Positions 1-8,928 of a stretch of 56,148 nt of DNA are shown here, piece by piece. The notes under the pieces are model-generated. The model did no database searches. It had not been told where the DNA came from and worked only from the letters and a program-made list of their open reading frames with translations. A program made the position numbers and the translations under genes. Origin of the DNA: Clostridia bacterium. GTDB taxonomy: Bacteria; Bacillota; Clostridia; Oscillospirales; CAG-272. The first letter of the stretch is position 1. Each line of letters begins with the position of its first letter. The DNA lies in contig JAFVQL010000081.1 in NCBI GenBank assembly GCA_017504785.1, positions 1-56,148 on the forward strand. The letters are read 5' to 3'.

Positions 1-700
1 ACCGCGCCCGAGGCAGCACCCGAGAAGAAGCTGTCAGCCGCACAGCGTTATGCGGTGGCGGAGCTTGCAGCGGCGCTCGCGGCAGAGTCCAAAGAAACCG
101 CGCCCGAGGCAGCACCCGAGAAGAAGCTGACAGCCGCACAGCGTTATGCGGTGGCGGAGCTTGCAGCGGCGCTCGCGGCAGAGTCCAAAGAAACCGCGCC
201 CGAGGCAGCACCCGAGAAGAAGCAGACGGCTGCACAGCGTTATGCTGTTGCAGAGCTTGCAGCGGCGCTCGCGGCAGACGGATATAATGAAAATGGCGAG
301 AAGCCGAAGAAGCCCTCGCGCGCCGAGCTGCGTGAGGAGAAAAAGCGCGCCTATGAGGAGGCGGAGCTTGCCGCCGCCCTTGCGGCAGAGTCCGAAGAAA
401 CCGCGCCCGAGGCAGAATCCGAGAAGAAGCTGACAGCCGCACAGCGTTATGCTGTTGCAGAGCTTGCGGCAGCGCTCGCGGCAGAGTCCAAAGAGGGAAC
501 ACCCGAGATCGCTTCCGAGGCAGCACCCGAGAAGAAGCAGACGGCTGCACAGCGTTATGCGGAGGCAGAGCTTGCAGCGGCGCTCGCGGCAGACGGATAT
601 AATGAAAAGGGTGAAAAGCCGAAGAAGCCCTCGCGCGCCGAGCTGCGTGAGGAGAAAAAGCGTGCTTATGCAGAGGCAGAGCTTGCCGCCGCCCTTGCCG
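1..700 (+). repeat. Intragenic tandem repeats: 96-nt (32-aa) unit ETAPEAAPEKKLTAAQRYAVAELAAALAAESK interleaved with a second unit DGYNENGEKPKKPSRAELREEKKRAYEEAELAAALAA
   Basis: accgcgcccgaggcagcacccgagaagaagc recurs at 1, 97 and 193; gacggatataatgaaa...ccgaagaagccctcgcgcgccgagctgcgtgaggag recurs at about 277 and about 592. Confidence 0.9.
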
Positions 701-3700
701 AAGACGAAAAGAGAGCGTCGAAGCAAAAGGCCGAAGATGCATTCATCGCATTCGCGCACGGAGGCAAAAGGAATGCCTTTGCAAGCGAAGAAAAAGAAGT
801 ATACGGAAGAGAAGCGGCCGCAGAGTATTATGCAAACGCCGCCGATCCTCTGCATTCGAATATCAGCGACCGAAAGCTTCGCCGCGCGGCCGACGCTTAC
901 ATCTCCGAGGTAGAGCTTGCGTCGGATGTCGAGGGCGCGGATCTTTCGGCGGACGAGCGTCAGCTTCGTCTGATCTGTGCCGCATCGGAGGCTTTGGAAA
1001 GATCCGAGGCCTTGTCCGGCGCACGCAAGGAAGAGCTGCTGGCCGCGGCAAAGCAGGCTACCAAGCATTCCGATGATAAGAAAAAGCAGAAGAAGCTTGA
1101 CCGCATGACCGCATCGGCCGCAAAGCGCGAGGCGAAGAATGCCGATCGCGCTCTGGAGGAAGACAAGAAGAATCTTGCGCTTCTTGAAAAGAACAGAGAT
1201 ATGGCAGAGGCCAAGGCGCTCGCCGCCGAGCAAGAGGCCGCCGATGCCATGGAAAGAGTATCCGCGCTTCGCGCAGGTGCTTCCAATAAAAAGAAGCTGG
1301 AAGCATACAGCGAGGCCTTAAGCGCAAGCGCAAGAGCCGAGAGCGCAAGACTGACCGCCGATACCCTTGCCGCCGAATACGAGAGCGAAAAGGAAAAAGC
1401 GATCGAGCGCCAGAAGGCAAAGGCCGCCATGCTCGCCTTTGCCGCGGTTGCAAGCGCGGAGTATGAAAACAGCAAGGGAATGCCCCTTTCCGGCAGTGAT
1501 AAGCGTAAGCTGAACACCGCCATTTTGGGTGCACAGCGCCGTTACGACCGCGCTCTGGCTGCTTTCCGCAATGCGGAAGCAAGACTTTCGCTGCTGGCCG
1601 ATGCAAAGGCATCGTCCTCCCGTTTGGCCGCCGCGCGCCGTGATGCCGCAAAGGCAGAGGTGCTTGCCGCCGATGCACAACAGAGGCTGAATACGCTTTT
1701 GGCGACCAGAGAGGCCACCGAGTGCTCGAAGGCACTGAGCAGAAGAGAAAAGGCCGAGCTTTTGGCTCTGGCGATTACCGTCACGGAGAAAAATGATGAA
1801 AAGCTCAAGGCGCGCCTGAAAAAGAGCGTCGCCGCCGCCCTCCGCAAGGAAGAAAAGGCCGCACGCCGCTTTGAAAAGCACTTCGATCGCAATATGGATC
1901 GCTATGAAAAGCGTGCCGCCGAGACCGAGGCAGAGGCACGTGTTGCCGCCGATTTCGCGGCGAAGGCGAAGGCAAAGGCGGATAAGCTTGCCGAGAAGAA
2001 GGCGGAGACCGAGGCACTGCATGCGGCGTACGAGTATGCGCTTTGCGAGCAGTCCCTTGCCGCCGAGGCAAGAGCCGTGGCAGACAGCGCGAGGTTCCAG
2101 CGCGATATTGAAAAGCGCCGCGCCGAGGCCTATAAGGAAGCGGGCGAAGCCATGCTCGCCCTCTCCGCTACGCTGACCGCACGGGATAACGAGCAGAAGA
2201 ACAGTAAAAAGCAGGCGGCGATCGTTTTGTGCGAGACCCGCAAGCTGGATGCCGCGATCGAGGATGCCAACCGCAAGTTCGAGGCGGCTGAAAAGAGAAG
2301 CATTGCCGCCGCTAAAAACGAGCTGGAGCTTCTGGAGCGCAAGCGCGCAAAGAAGGCCGAGATCATGGCCGCGCACGCGACGTATCTGGAAGCAAGGGAA
2401 GAGGCCGAGCGAGCAAATTCCAAGAAGGAAATGCTCGAAAAGGCGAGAATTGCCGCCGAGGGCTCCAAGGCTCTCAAGGCAGAGGAGAAGGCAGAGCTGC
2501 TCTCGCTTGCCACCGAGCTTTCCGCGGATGAGAAGAACACTCTCAAGGCAGAGCTTCTGAAGAAAAAGATCGAATATGCGGCGAAAAAGGAGGCTTTGGC
2601 CGAAAAGAAGCTTGCCGAAGCCGTTTCGCGTCGTGAGGATTCTCTTGAGATCCAATATCTCTATCAGGAGGCCAAGGCGCACATCGCCGAGGAATCCGCG
2701 AACGAAAAGAAGAAAAAGGCCGAGCGCCTTGCGCGCCGAAGGGTAAACAGGAAGGCGCAAAAGAAGGCGTACAAGGATGCACTGCTCGAGCAAGCAAGAG
2801 CCGAGCGGGAAAGAGAGCGCGCAGAGGAGCTGAAGGCGAAGAGGATCGCCAAGAAGGAAAAGAGCGAGCAGCATAAGGAAGCTGCCGCCGCTATGCTCGC
2901 CTTTGCCGCCGCCTTTGCACCGATCGACAAGAAAAAGAAGACGAAGGCAAAGGAAGCGGAGATTTTAAGCACCGTTCTCGGAAAGCCCTCTTATACGGGA
3001 TTCATTGGAACGGAGATCACCGAGGCAGAGAAGCAGTATGAGAACGCGATCCTCGCGGAAGAGGCCGCACGCGCAAGAGTGCGCGCGCTGGAAAGCGAAA
3101 GATCGACGAAGAAGGAGCGCAAGGCAGCGCTTCTCGCCGTCGGCCTTGCCGAGGAAGAAACGATCCGCGCTGAGCGCAGACTCGAAAAGCTGGAGGCCGC
3201 AAAGCGTGCCGCCGAGAAATCCAAGGCGCTTTCGCCCGAGGAGAAGGCGGAAATGCTTGCGCTTGCCGCTTCGGCGAAAACCGCCGCGAAGAGCAAAAAG
3301 GCCGCTCGTAAAGCGCAGAAGAAGCTACTTAGGGCTGAAATGCAAAAGAGCCTTGCCGAAGGACTTGCCGCCGACGAGGCAGCCCTCGCCGCAAAGCTGA
3401 AGGTAAAGCAGCTCGCAGAGGAAGAAAAGAGCGCGCAGCAGAGGGAAGAGATCGAGGCTATGCTCGCCTTTGCCGCCGCCTTAGCACCGATCGAAAAGAA
3501 AAAGAAGGTGCAGGCGAAGGAAGAGAAGGTTTTAGGCACCGTTCTCGGAAAGTCCTCTTATACGGGATTCATCGGAACGGAGATCACCGAAGCGGAGAAG
3601 CAGTATGAGAATGCGCTTCTTGCGGAGGTGACCGCGCGCGAGAGAGTGCGCGCGCTGAAGGCCGAAAGAGCGGAAGAGAAGGAGCGCAAGGCAGCACTTC

Positions 3701-6246
3701 TGGCTGTCGGCATCGCCGAGGAAGAAAGGATCCGCGCCGAGCGCAGACTCGAAAAGCTGGAGGCCGCAAAGCGTGCCGCCGAGAAGCTCGAAAAGGTCGA
3801 AAAGATCTCGCCCGAAAAGAAGGCGGAAATGCTTGCGCTTGCCGCTTCGGCAAACGCGGCCTCGAAGCGTGAAAGAGCCGCTCTGAAAAAGCAAAAGAGT
3901 GCCGTTAAGGCTCTGAAGCAGGAAGCACGCGCCGAAAAGCGCGCCGCCCGCCGCACGCAAAGCCAGCTCCGCGACTGGGAAAAGAAGGTCGCAAAGGCAG
4001 AGGCGACGGCGATCGTTTCCGAGGAGCGCAAGACCTTGGCGAAGTCCAAGGCAAAGCAAGCGCGCCTCGAGAAGAAGAGCGAGAAGGCACTGGAGCGTGC
4101 TTACAAGGAAGCTCTTGTCAGCGAATACAAGGCAGATAAGGCAAGAAGAAAGGCCGATTCCGCCCAAGCCGCAAGACAGAGCAAGCGCGAAAAGGAAGCG
4201 CGCATTGCAGAGCATAAGGAAGCAGCGCTTGCCATGCTCGCCTTTGCCGCCGCTATGGATAAGGAAAGCAAGCGCGAAAGAAGGGAAAAGAATGCCCTCT
4301 TGAGAGAGGTAATTCTTGAAGAGCGCAGAAAGGAAATTGCCGAAAGAAGAGCCCTCGCCGACGAAGCGAAGGCCAGAAGAAAGAGCAAGCTCGAAGAGCG
4401 CTCCGCAAAAGAGGTCGAGCTGTATGCGCGCGCCTTGGAAAGAAAGGCAATGCGCGCGGAGCAGAAGGCTCTCCTTCTCGTTCCCGTAAAGGGAAAGGCC
4501 AAGAAAAAGCTTAAGGCTTATGAGGCGGCGCTGTTTGACAGAGCCGAGGCAGACGAGGCAAGAACGCTTGCAAATACGTTGAACGGCGAGGATGCCGCAC
4601 CCGTTGCCATCGCCGCGCCTCTTAGCCGCAAGGCACAGAAACTGCAGCAAAGTGCGGATGAGGCAGTCAACAAGCAGAAGAAGGCGCATAAGCGCCTGAA
4701 TGCAGAGGCTCGCTATGCCGATAAGGTTGCGCGCCGCAAGGACGAAAGCCTGCAAAAGAAGTACGATTCCAAGATGAAAAAGCTTCAAAAGCGCGCGAGC
4801 AAGGCAGATCTTGCTGCAGAAATGGCGCAGATGAAGCTGGATGCACAGCTGTATAAGGATGGCGTAAAGCACGAGCCGACCGCTCCCGCACAGGTGCAGA
4901 ATACCGAAGCACAGGCTTCGCAGCCGAAGCATACTTACGTAGACAAGGCCGACAGAAGACTGCAAAAGAAGCAGCAGAAGGCGGCGTTTGCCCGCGAGAA
5001 GAAGGAGCTGAAGCGCGAGTTCAAGCGTTACGTCATCGAATCCAGAGTGCAGAAGAGGGATCTCAATGCGTTGCGTAAGGCGGCGCTTGCAGGTCGAATC
5101 AAGGATGAAAGACTCGCAAGAAAGCTGCAGTACGAGCAGAAGGTAGAGCAAAAGCAAAGAGTCAAGGATGAAAAGGCTTGGAAGGCCTTGGAAAAGCATG
5201 ATGAAAAGCTTACGCGCCACTACTCGTATATGAGCCTTCTCGAGCTGGATCGCAGAGATCAAGAACGCTTGAAGGTGAAGGCAGAGGAGCAGAAGAAGAA
5301 GCTCGCGCCTGCCGCCGAGACGGAGGATCCCTTCGCAAGAGGCATCTTTACGAAAAAGCTTACCCGAAGAGAGCGTCTTGCGCGCAATCGTGCGTACAAG
5401 AAGCGTGATATCAAAACGCTGAAGGCACGCTACGATATCGTGATTGCAGAGGCGAAGCGCGATCTTGCGCTTGCACTTTGCGATCTCTCCTGCACCAAGG
5501 CGAATGCAAAGCGCATTGAGGCGGAAACCAAGAAGAGGATCTGGAGGCTTTGTGCAAATAAGCGCCGTGCGCTGCAGAACGAAAAGGTGGATAACCACCG
5601 CTACTTCCGCTGCCTGCGTAAATCGAGGATCAAGCCGAAGAACTACCGTGTGGATCGCGCGGAGCTTGCCCGCTTGTACGAGAAGCTCGAAAGGCTTTTG
5701 GAAATGCGCGACAAGGTCAACGAAAGCCTCTACACCGTATATTCTTACGATTCCTATAAGAGGCTCGGCCGCGTGGATACGCCTTGGCACAAGGCATTCA
5801 TGCGCGAGAAGAAGCGCTGGCACAAGAAGCTGCGCCCCGATCTGCGCGTGATCGATTCGATGAATCTTTCCCGCCGCGATAAGCAAAAGCTGCGCGCGGA
5901 TCTTGACTGCGTTGCCACCTCTCACGCCGATATCGTGGAGACGAAATGCCGTATCCAGAAGCAGAAGCTGAAGGGCGCGGCGAAGCGCCTGCAAAAGCAG
6001 GAGATCAAGGCGATGAAGCGCGATGCGATCAAGGCACATAATCACATGAAGCGCAAGATGAACATCGCAAGAGCCAAGGCGGATAAGAGAGATTTCTGGT
6101 ACGTATCCATGCTGTCGCTCGCGATCACGCTTTCGCTGATCTGCATCTGCGTTTTGGGCTGGCATTGGTTCGGGGATAAGATCATGGGCTTCATGAATGC
6201 AAATTTCCCGAGCATCGTAACTAAGATCAAGTCACTGCTGAAATAA
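1..6246 (+). CDS. Giant Ala/Lys/Glu-rich repeat / predicted helical (coiled-coil-like) protein with one C-terminal transmembrane segment; 5'-truncated by the window edge
   Basis: Frame is open from base 1 to TAA at 6244-6246 (ORF track 55..6246, 2063 aa). Composition is highly charged and helical. Hydrophobic stretch FWYVSMLSLAITLSLICICVLGWHWFG lies about 20 aa from the C-terminus. Confidence 0.85.
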   Translation, partial: TAPEAAPEKKLSAAQRYAVAELAAALAAESKETAPEAAPEKKLTAAQRYAVAELAAALAAESKETAPEAAPEKKQTAAQRYAVAELAAALAADGYNENGEKPKKPSRAELREEKKRAYEEAELAAALAAESEETAPEAESEKKLTAAQRYAVAELAAALAAESKEGTPEIASEAAPEKKQTAAQRYAEAELAAALAADGYNEKGEKPKKPSRAELREEKKRAYAEAELAAALAEDEKRASKQKAEDAFIAFAHGGKRNAFASEEKEVYGREAAAEYYANAADPLHSNISDRKLRRAADAYISEVELASDVEGADLSADERQLRLICAASEALERSEALSGARKEELLAAAKQATKHSDDKKKQKKLDRMTASAAKREAKNADRALEEDKKNLALLEKNRDMAEAKALAAEQEAADAMERVSALRAGASNKKKLEAYSEALSASARAESARLTADTLAAEYESEKEKAIERQKAKAAMLAFAAVASAEYENSKGMPLSGSDKRKLNTAILGAQRRYDRALAAFRNAEARLSLLADAKASSSRLAAARRDAAKAEVLAADAQQRLNTLLATREATECSKALSRREKAELLALAITVTEKNDEKLKARLKKSVAAALRKEEKAARRFEKHFDRNMDRYEKRAAETEAEARVAADFAAKAKAKADKLAEKKAETEALHAAYEYALCEQSLAAEARAVADSARFQRDIEKRRAEAYKEAGEAMLALSATLTARDNEQKNSKKQAAIVLCETRKLDAAIEDANRKFEAAEKRSIAAAKNELELLERKRAKKAEIMAAHATYLEAREEAERANSKKEMLEKARIAAEGSKALKAEEKAELLSLATELSADEKNTLKAELLKKKIEYAAKKEALAEKKLAEAVSRREDSLEIQYLYQEAKAHIAEESANEKKKKAERLARRRVNRKAQKKAYKDALLEQARAERERERAEELKAKRIAKKEKSEQHKEAAAAMLAFAAAFAPIDKKKKTKAKEAEILSTVLGKPSYTGFIGTEITEAEKQYENAILAEEAARARVRALESERSTKKERKAALLAVGLAEEETIRAERRLEKLEAAKRAAEKSKALSPEEKAEMLALAASAKTAAKSKKAARKAQKKLLRAEMQKSLAEGLAADEAALAAKLKVKQLAEEEKSAQQREEIEAMLAFAAALAPIEKKKKVQAKEEKVLGTVLGKSSYTGFIGTEITEAEKQYENALLAEVTARERVRALKAERAEEKERKAALLAVGIAEEERIRAERRLEKLEAAKRAAEKLEKVEKISPEKKAEMLALAASANAASKRERAALKKQKSAVKALKQEARAEKRAARRTQSQLRDWEKKVAKAEATAIVSEERKTLAKSKAKQARLEKKSEKALERAYKEALVSEYKADKARRKADSAQAARQSKREKEARIAEHKEAALAMLAFAAAMDKESKRERREKNALLREVILEERRKEIAERRALADEAKARRKSKLEERSAKEVELYARALERKAMRAEQKALLLVPVKGKAKKKLKAYEAALFDRAEADEARTLANTLNGEDAAPVAIAAPLSRKAQKLQQSADEAVNKQKKAHKRLNAEARYADKVARRKDESLQKKYDSKMKKLQKRASKADLAAEMAQMKLDAQLYKDGVKHEPTAPAQVQNTEAQASQPKHTYVDKADRRLQKKQQKAAFAREKKELKREFKRYVIESRVQKRDLNALRKAALAGRIKDERLARKLQYEQKVEQKQRVKDEKAWKALEKHDEKLTRHYSYMSLLELDRRDQERLKVKAEEQKKKLAPAAETEDPFARGIFTKKLTRRERLARNRAYKKRDIKTLKARYDIVIAEAKRDLALALCDLSCTKANAKRIEAETKKRIWRLCANKRRALQNEKVDNHRYFRCLRKSRIKPKNYRVDRAELARLYEKLERLLEMRDKVNESLYTVYSYDSYKRLGRVDTPWHKAFMREKKRWHKKLRPDLRVIDSMNLSRRDKQKLRADLDCVATSHADIVETKCRIQKQKLKGAAKRLQKQEIKAMKRDAIKAHNHMKRKMNIARAKADKRDFWYVSMLSLAITLSLICICVLGWHWFGDKIMGFMNANFPSIVTKIKSLLK
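2893..3850 (+). repeat. Internal duplication of a ~125-aa block in the giant protein (period about 570 nt)
   Basis: MLAFAAA..PI.KKKK...TVLGK.SYTGFIGTEITEAEKQYENA...ERRLEKLEAAKRAAEK...SPE.KAEMLALAASA occurs at 2893-3275 and again at 3460-3850. Confidence 0.85.
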
Positions 6247-6253
6247 TCAGAAA

Positions 6254-6286
6254 GCTCTCTCGGATGCAAGCCGCATCCGAGAGAGC
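6254..6286 (+). other. Perfect 14-bp stem-loop after the giant gene, without a U-tract
   Basis: gctctctcggatgc-aagcc-gcatccgagagagc; immediately followed by the AGGAG RBS of the next ORF. Confidence 0.6.
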
Positions 6287-6304
6287 ACAGAGGAGAAAAC
6301 CGGT

Positions 6305-6520
6305 ATGAAAAAGAAGGAAAACACCATACAAGAGCTCAGCCTGCTGACCGAGGCACAGCGCGGCGAAAGGCAGAGAGATCTTGAAAAGCAGCGCCTTGAG
6401 ATCACGCGCGAGATCGAAAAAGTACTAAAGGATATTTCCGGTCTGAAAAAGGGTCGAAGCGTGAAGATGCCGCATCCGAGAAGGCTGGGGCGCCGCCCGA
6501 ACGACGTTTTGGACGATTGA
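6305..6520 (+). CDS. Small basic helical hypothetical protein (71 aa)
   Basis: ATG with AGGAG RBS at about 6290; fills the gap between the giant gene and the rimP promoter. Confidence 0.55.
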   Translation: MKKKENTIQELSLLTEAQRGERQRDLEKQRLEITREIEKVLKDISGLKKGRSVKMPHPRRLGRRPNDVLDD

Positions 6521-6555
6521 TTTTGCCGTTTTTTTCATTAAATTTGCAAAAACAC

Positions 6556-6583
6556 TTGATTTTTTGAAAAAATATGGTATAAT
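6556..6583 (+). promoter_or_regulatory. Sigma-A-type promoter of the rimP-infB operon
   Basis: TTGATT-16 nt-TATAAT with extended -10 TG (tggtataat). Confidence 0.6.
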
Positions 6584-6607
6584 GTTATTGAACAGAATAG
6601 AGAGGAT

Positions 6608-6633
6608 GAAGAGTGGCTTGCGGGTCACTCTTC
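6608..6633 (+). promoter_or_regulatory. Leader hairpin upstream of rimP (possible attenuator)
   Basis: gaagagtggc-ttgcgg-gtcactcttc followed by atttgttgtt, between the promoter and the rimP start. Confidence 0.4.
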
Positions 6634-6708
6634 ATTTGTTGTTCGGATGGCGCTGCCTCCGCAGGTTCCGGCGGCGTATAATAACATAAATATAAAGGAA
6701 GAGAATGC

Positions 6709-7176
6709 ATGAAAAAAAGTGTCAAGGACACGGTGCGTGAGGCGATCTTGCCCACGGTCACAGAGCTCGGATATCGCATCTGGGACATCACCTATGCAAA
6801 GGTCGGCGCGGATTATCATCTGGAGATCACGATCGATAGCGATGCGGGCATCCAGATCGAGGATTGCGAGCGCGTGCATCGCGCGATCGACCCGATCCTC
6901 GATGCGGCGGATCCGATCGAGGGCTTCTATTATCTGGAGGTCTCCTCGCCCGGAATCGAAAGAGAGCTTCGTACAGAGGAGCATATTACGGCTTTTCTCG
7001 GTGCGCGCGTGGAGGCAAAGCTTTTTTCGCCGAAGGACGGAAAGCGCGCCGTGCGCGGTACGCTTCTTTCGCTTGAGGAGAGCGGCGCCGTTCGCATCAA
7101 GGAGGATGCGGGGAATGAGATGCTTTTGGAAAAAGGCGAAATATCCCGTCTTGCAACTCTGTTTTTTGAGGAATAA
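6709..7176 (+). CDS. rimP: Ribosome maturation factor RimP
   Basis: Motifs GIQIEDCERVHRAIDPILD and YYLEVSSPGIERELR; first gene of the canonical rimP-nusA-infB cluster. Confidence 0.95.
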   Translation: MKKSVKDTVREAILPTVTELGYRIWDITYAKVGADYHLEITIDSDAGIQIEDCERVHRAIDPILDAADPIEGFYYLEVSSPGIERELRTEEHITAFLGARVEAKLFSPKDGKRAVRGTLLSLEESGAVRIKEDAGNEMLLEKGEISRLATLFFEE

Positions 7177-7213
7177 TAAGGAAAGGAATGCGTAGCTTTT
7201 ACGCGACATAAAA

Positions 7214-8245
7214 ATGAATCAGGATTTTTACACAGCGTTGGACCTTTTGGAAAAGGAAAAAGGAATTCCCAAGGAGTATATGATCGAGAAGATCGAGGCT
7301 GCCTTGGCCAATGCCTGCCGCAAGGAGGTCGGCCAGACCACCGTTGTGCGCGTGCAGATCGATCCCGTGAAGCAGGATATGAAGGTGTTTCAGCAGAGAG
7401 CCGTTGTGGCAGACGGAGAGGTGGAGGATCCCAAGACCCAGATCGCCCTTTCGGATGCAAAAGCGATCAGCCGCCGCCATAAGCTTGGCGGCACGGTGGA
7501 GACCGAGCTGAAGACCAAGACCTTCCGCCGCCTCAGCGCACAGGCAGGAAAGCAGATGATCATTCAGGCCATCCGCGATGCCGAGAGAGAAAGACAGACG
7601 CGCGAATACGAGGAAAAGAAGGAAGCCATTATCACGGCGATCGTGGATAAGGTGGATACCACCACGGGCAACCTTATTTTGGATACCGGCACGGGCTATG
7701 CAACGCTTATGAAGTCGGAGCAGATCCCCGGTCAGTTCCACGACGTCGGCGACCGTATCAAGGTATTTATTTCCGAGGTGAAGAGCGGAGAGACCCGCGG
7801 TCCGCTGGTAACGCTCTCTCGCGCACATCCCCATTTTGTAAAGCGTCTTTTCGAGCTTGAGATCCCCGAGATCCAGGACGGAACGATTGTGATCCGCAGC
7901 GTGGCAAGAGATGCGGGCAGCCGCACGAAGATCGCTGTGGAATCCAGAGATGAAAACGTAGATGCGATCGGCTCTTGTATCGGTAAGAACGGTATGCGTA
8001 TCGGCGCGATCCTTGCCGAGCTCGGAGAAGAGAAGATCGATATTATTCAGTACAACGAGGACCCCGTCACCTTCGTTTGCGAGGCACTTTCGCCCGCGAA
8101 GGTAATTTCCGCCGAGATGTAAGGCGAGCGCACCTGCCACGTGACCGTTGCACCCGATCAGCTTTCGCTTGCGATCGGACGCGAGGGTCAGAATGCAAAG
8201 CTTGCCGCTAAGCTCACCGGTATGAAGGTGGATATCAAGGCATAA
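7214..8245 (+). CDS. nusA: Transcription factor NusA, interrupted by an in-frame TAA at 8120-8122 (sequence error or nonsense allele)
   Basis: NTD-S1-KH1 motifs ([30 protein letters not shown]). Past the stop the same frame continues [40 protein letters not shown], the KH2 signature, to TAA at 8243-8245. Confidence 0.9.
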
Positions 8246-8277
8246 ATTTCTCTGAAAAAGATAAGGAGGGAAAAGAT

Positions 8278-8565
8278 ATGGCACAAGTGCTATCACCGCG
8301 TAAGCTCCCCGTTCGCAAATGCACGGGTTGTGCAGAGCATTTTCCGAAAATGCAGCTGATTCGTGTTTTAAGAACGCCGGAGGGCGAGATCCTTTTGGAT
8401 GCTACGGGCAAAAAGTCCGGCAGAGGCGCATATCTTTGCAAGAATCCCGCCTGCTTGAAAAAAGCGAAGAAGGCAAGGCGCCTCGAGGCATCGCTCGAAT
8501 GCGAGATCCCCGAAGAGGTTTTTGCTCGCCTGGAGGAGGAGTTAACAGGTGCAATCGAATCATGA
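8278..8565 (+). CDS. ylxR: YlxR / RnpM family RNA-binding protein
   Basis: RKLPVRKCTGC...LIRVLRTPEG...DATGKKSGRGAYLC; located between nusA and infB. Confidence 0.9.
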   Translation: MAQVLSPRKLPVRKCTGCAEHFPKMQLIRVLRTPEGEILLDATGKKSGRGAYLCKNPACLKKAKKARRLEASLECEIPEEVFARLEEELTGAIES

Positions 8566-8923
8566 TCAAAGACTGTGCGGCATGCTCGGATTTGCTATGC
8601 GTGCCGGAAAGCTTTGCATAGGAACGCCGCTCGTTTGCAAGGCACTGGGATCGAAGGGCTTTGGAGGCATTCGCCTCGTGCTCTTGAGCGCAGGTGCTTC
8701 GGAAGGAACGAAAAAGAAGATTCGCTGCAAATGCGAATTCTACGGCATGGGCCTATGGGAGATCCCGCAGGACCCCGAAGCACTTGGCAGACTTCTCGGA
8801 AAGTCGTATGCCCCCGCTGCCGTCGGCGTTTGTGATGACGGCTTCGCCAGAGAGATCGATGCCACCATGGCATTACGAAACAACGATACAGAAAGGAAGT
8901 TTCCACCCATCGGAAACCGGTGA
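8549..8923 (+). CDS. ylxQ: L7Ae/L30e-like RNA-binding protein (YlxQ)
   Basis: LGFAMRAGKL..G, ASEGTKKK and LGRLLGK motifs; conserved operon position. Confidence 0.8.
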   Translation: MQSNHDQRLCGMLGFAMRAGKLCIGTPLVCKALGSKGFGGIRLVLLSAGASEGTKKKIRCKCEFYGMGLWEIPQDPEALGRLLGKSYAPAAVGVCDDGFAREIDATMALRNNDTERKFPPIGNR

Positions 8924-8928
8924 TATAT

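Noticed and set aside
1-6246. Phage tape-measure protein or SMC identity for the giant ORF
   Set aside because: No phage genes nearby, and no Walker B or ABC signature motif at the C-terminus.
8120-8122. Alternative genetic code or programmed read-through in nusA
   Set aside because: TAA terminates many genes normally in this window; a single-base error or mutation is simpler.
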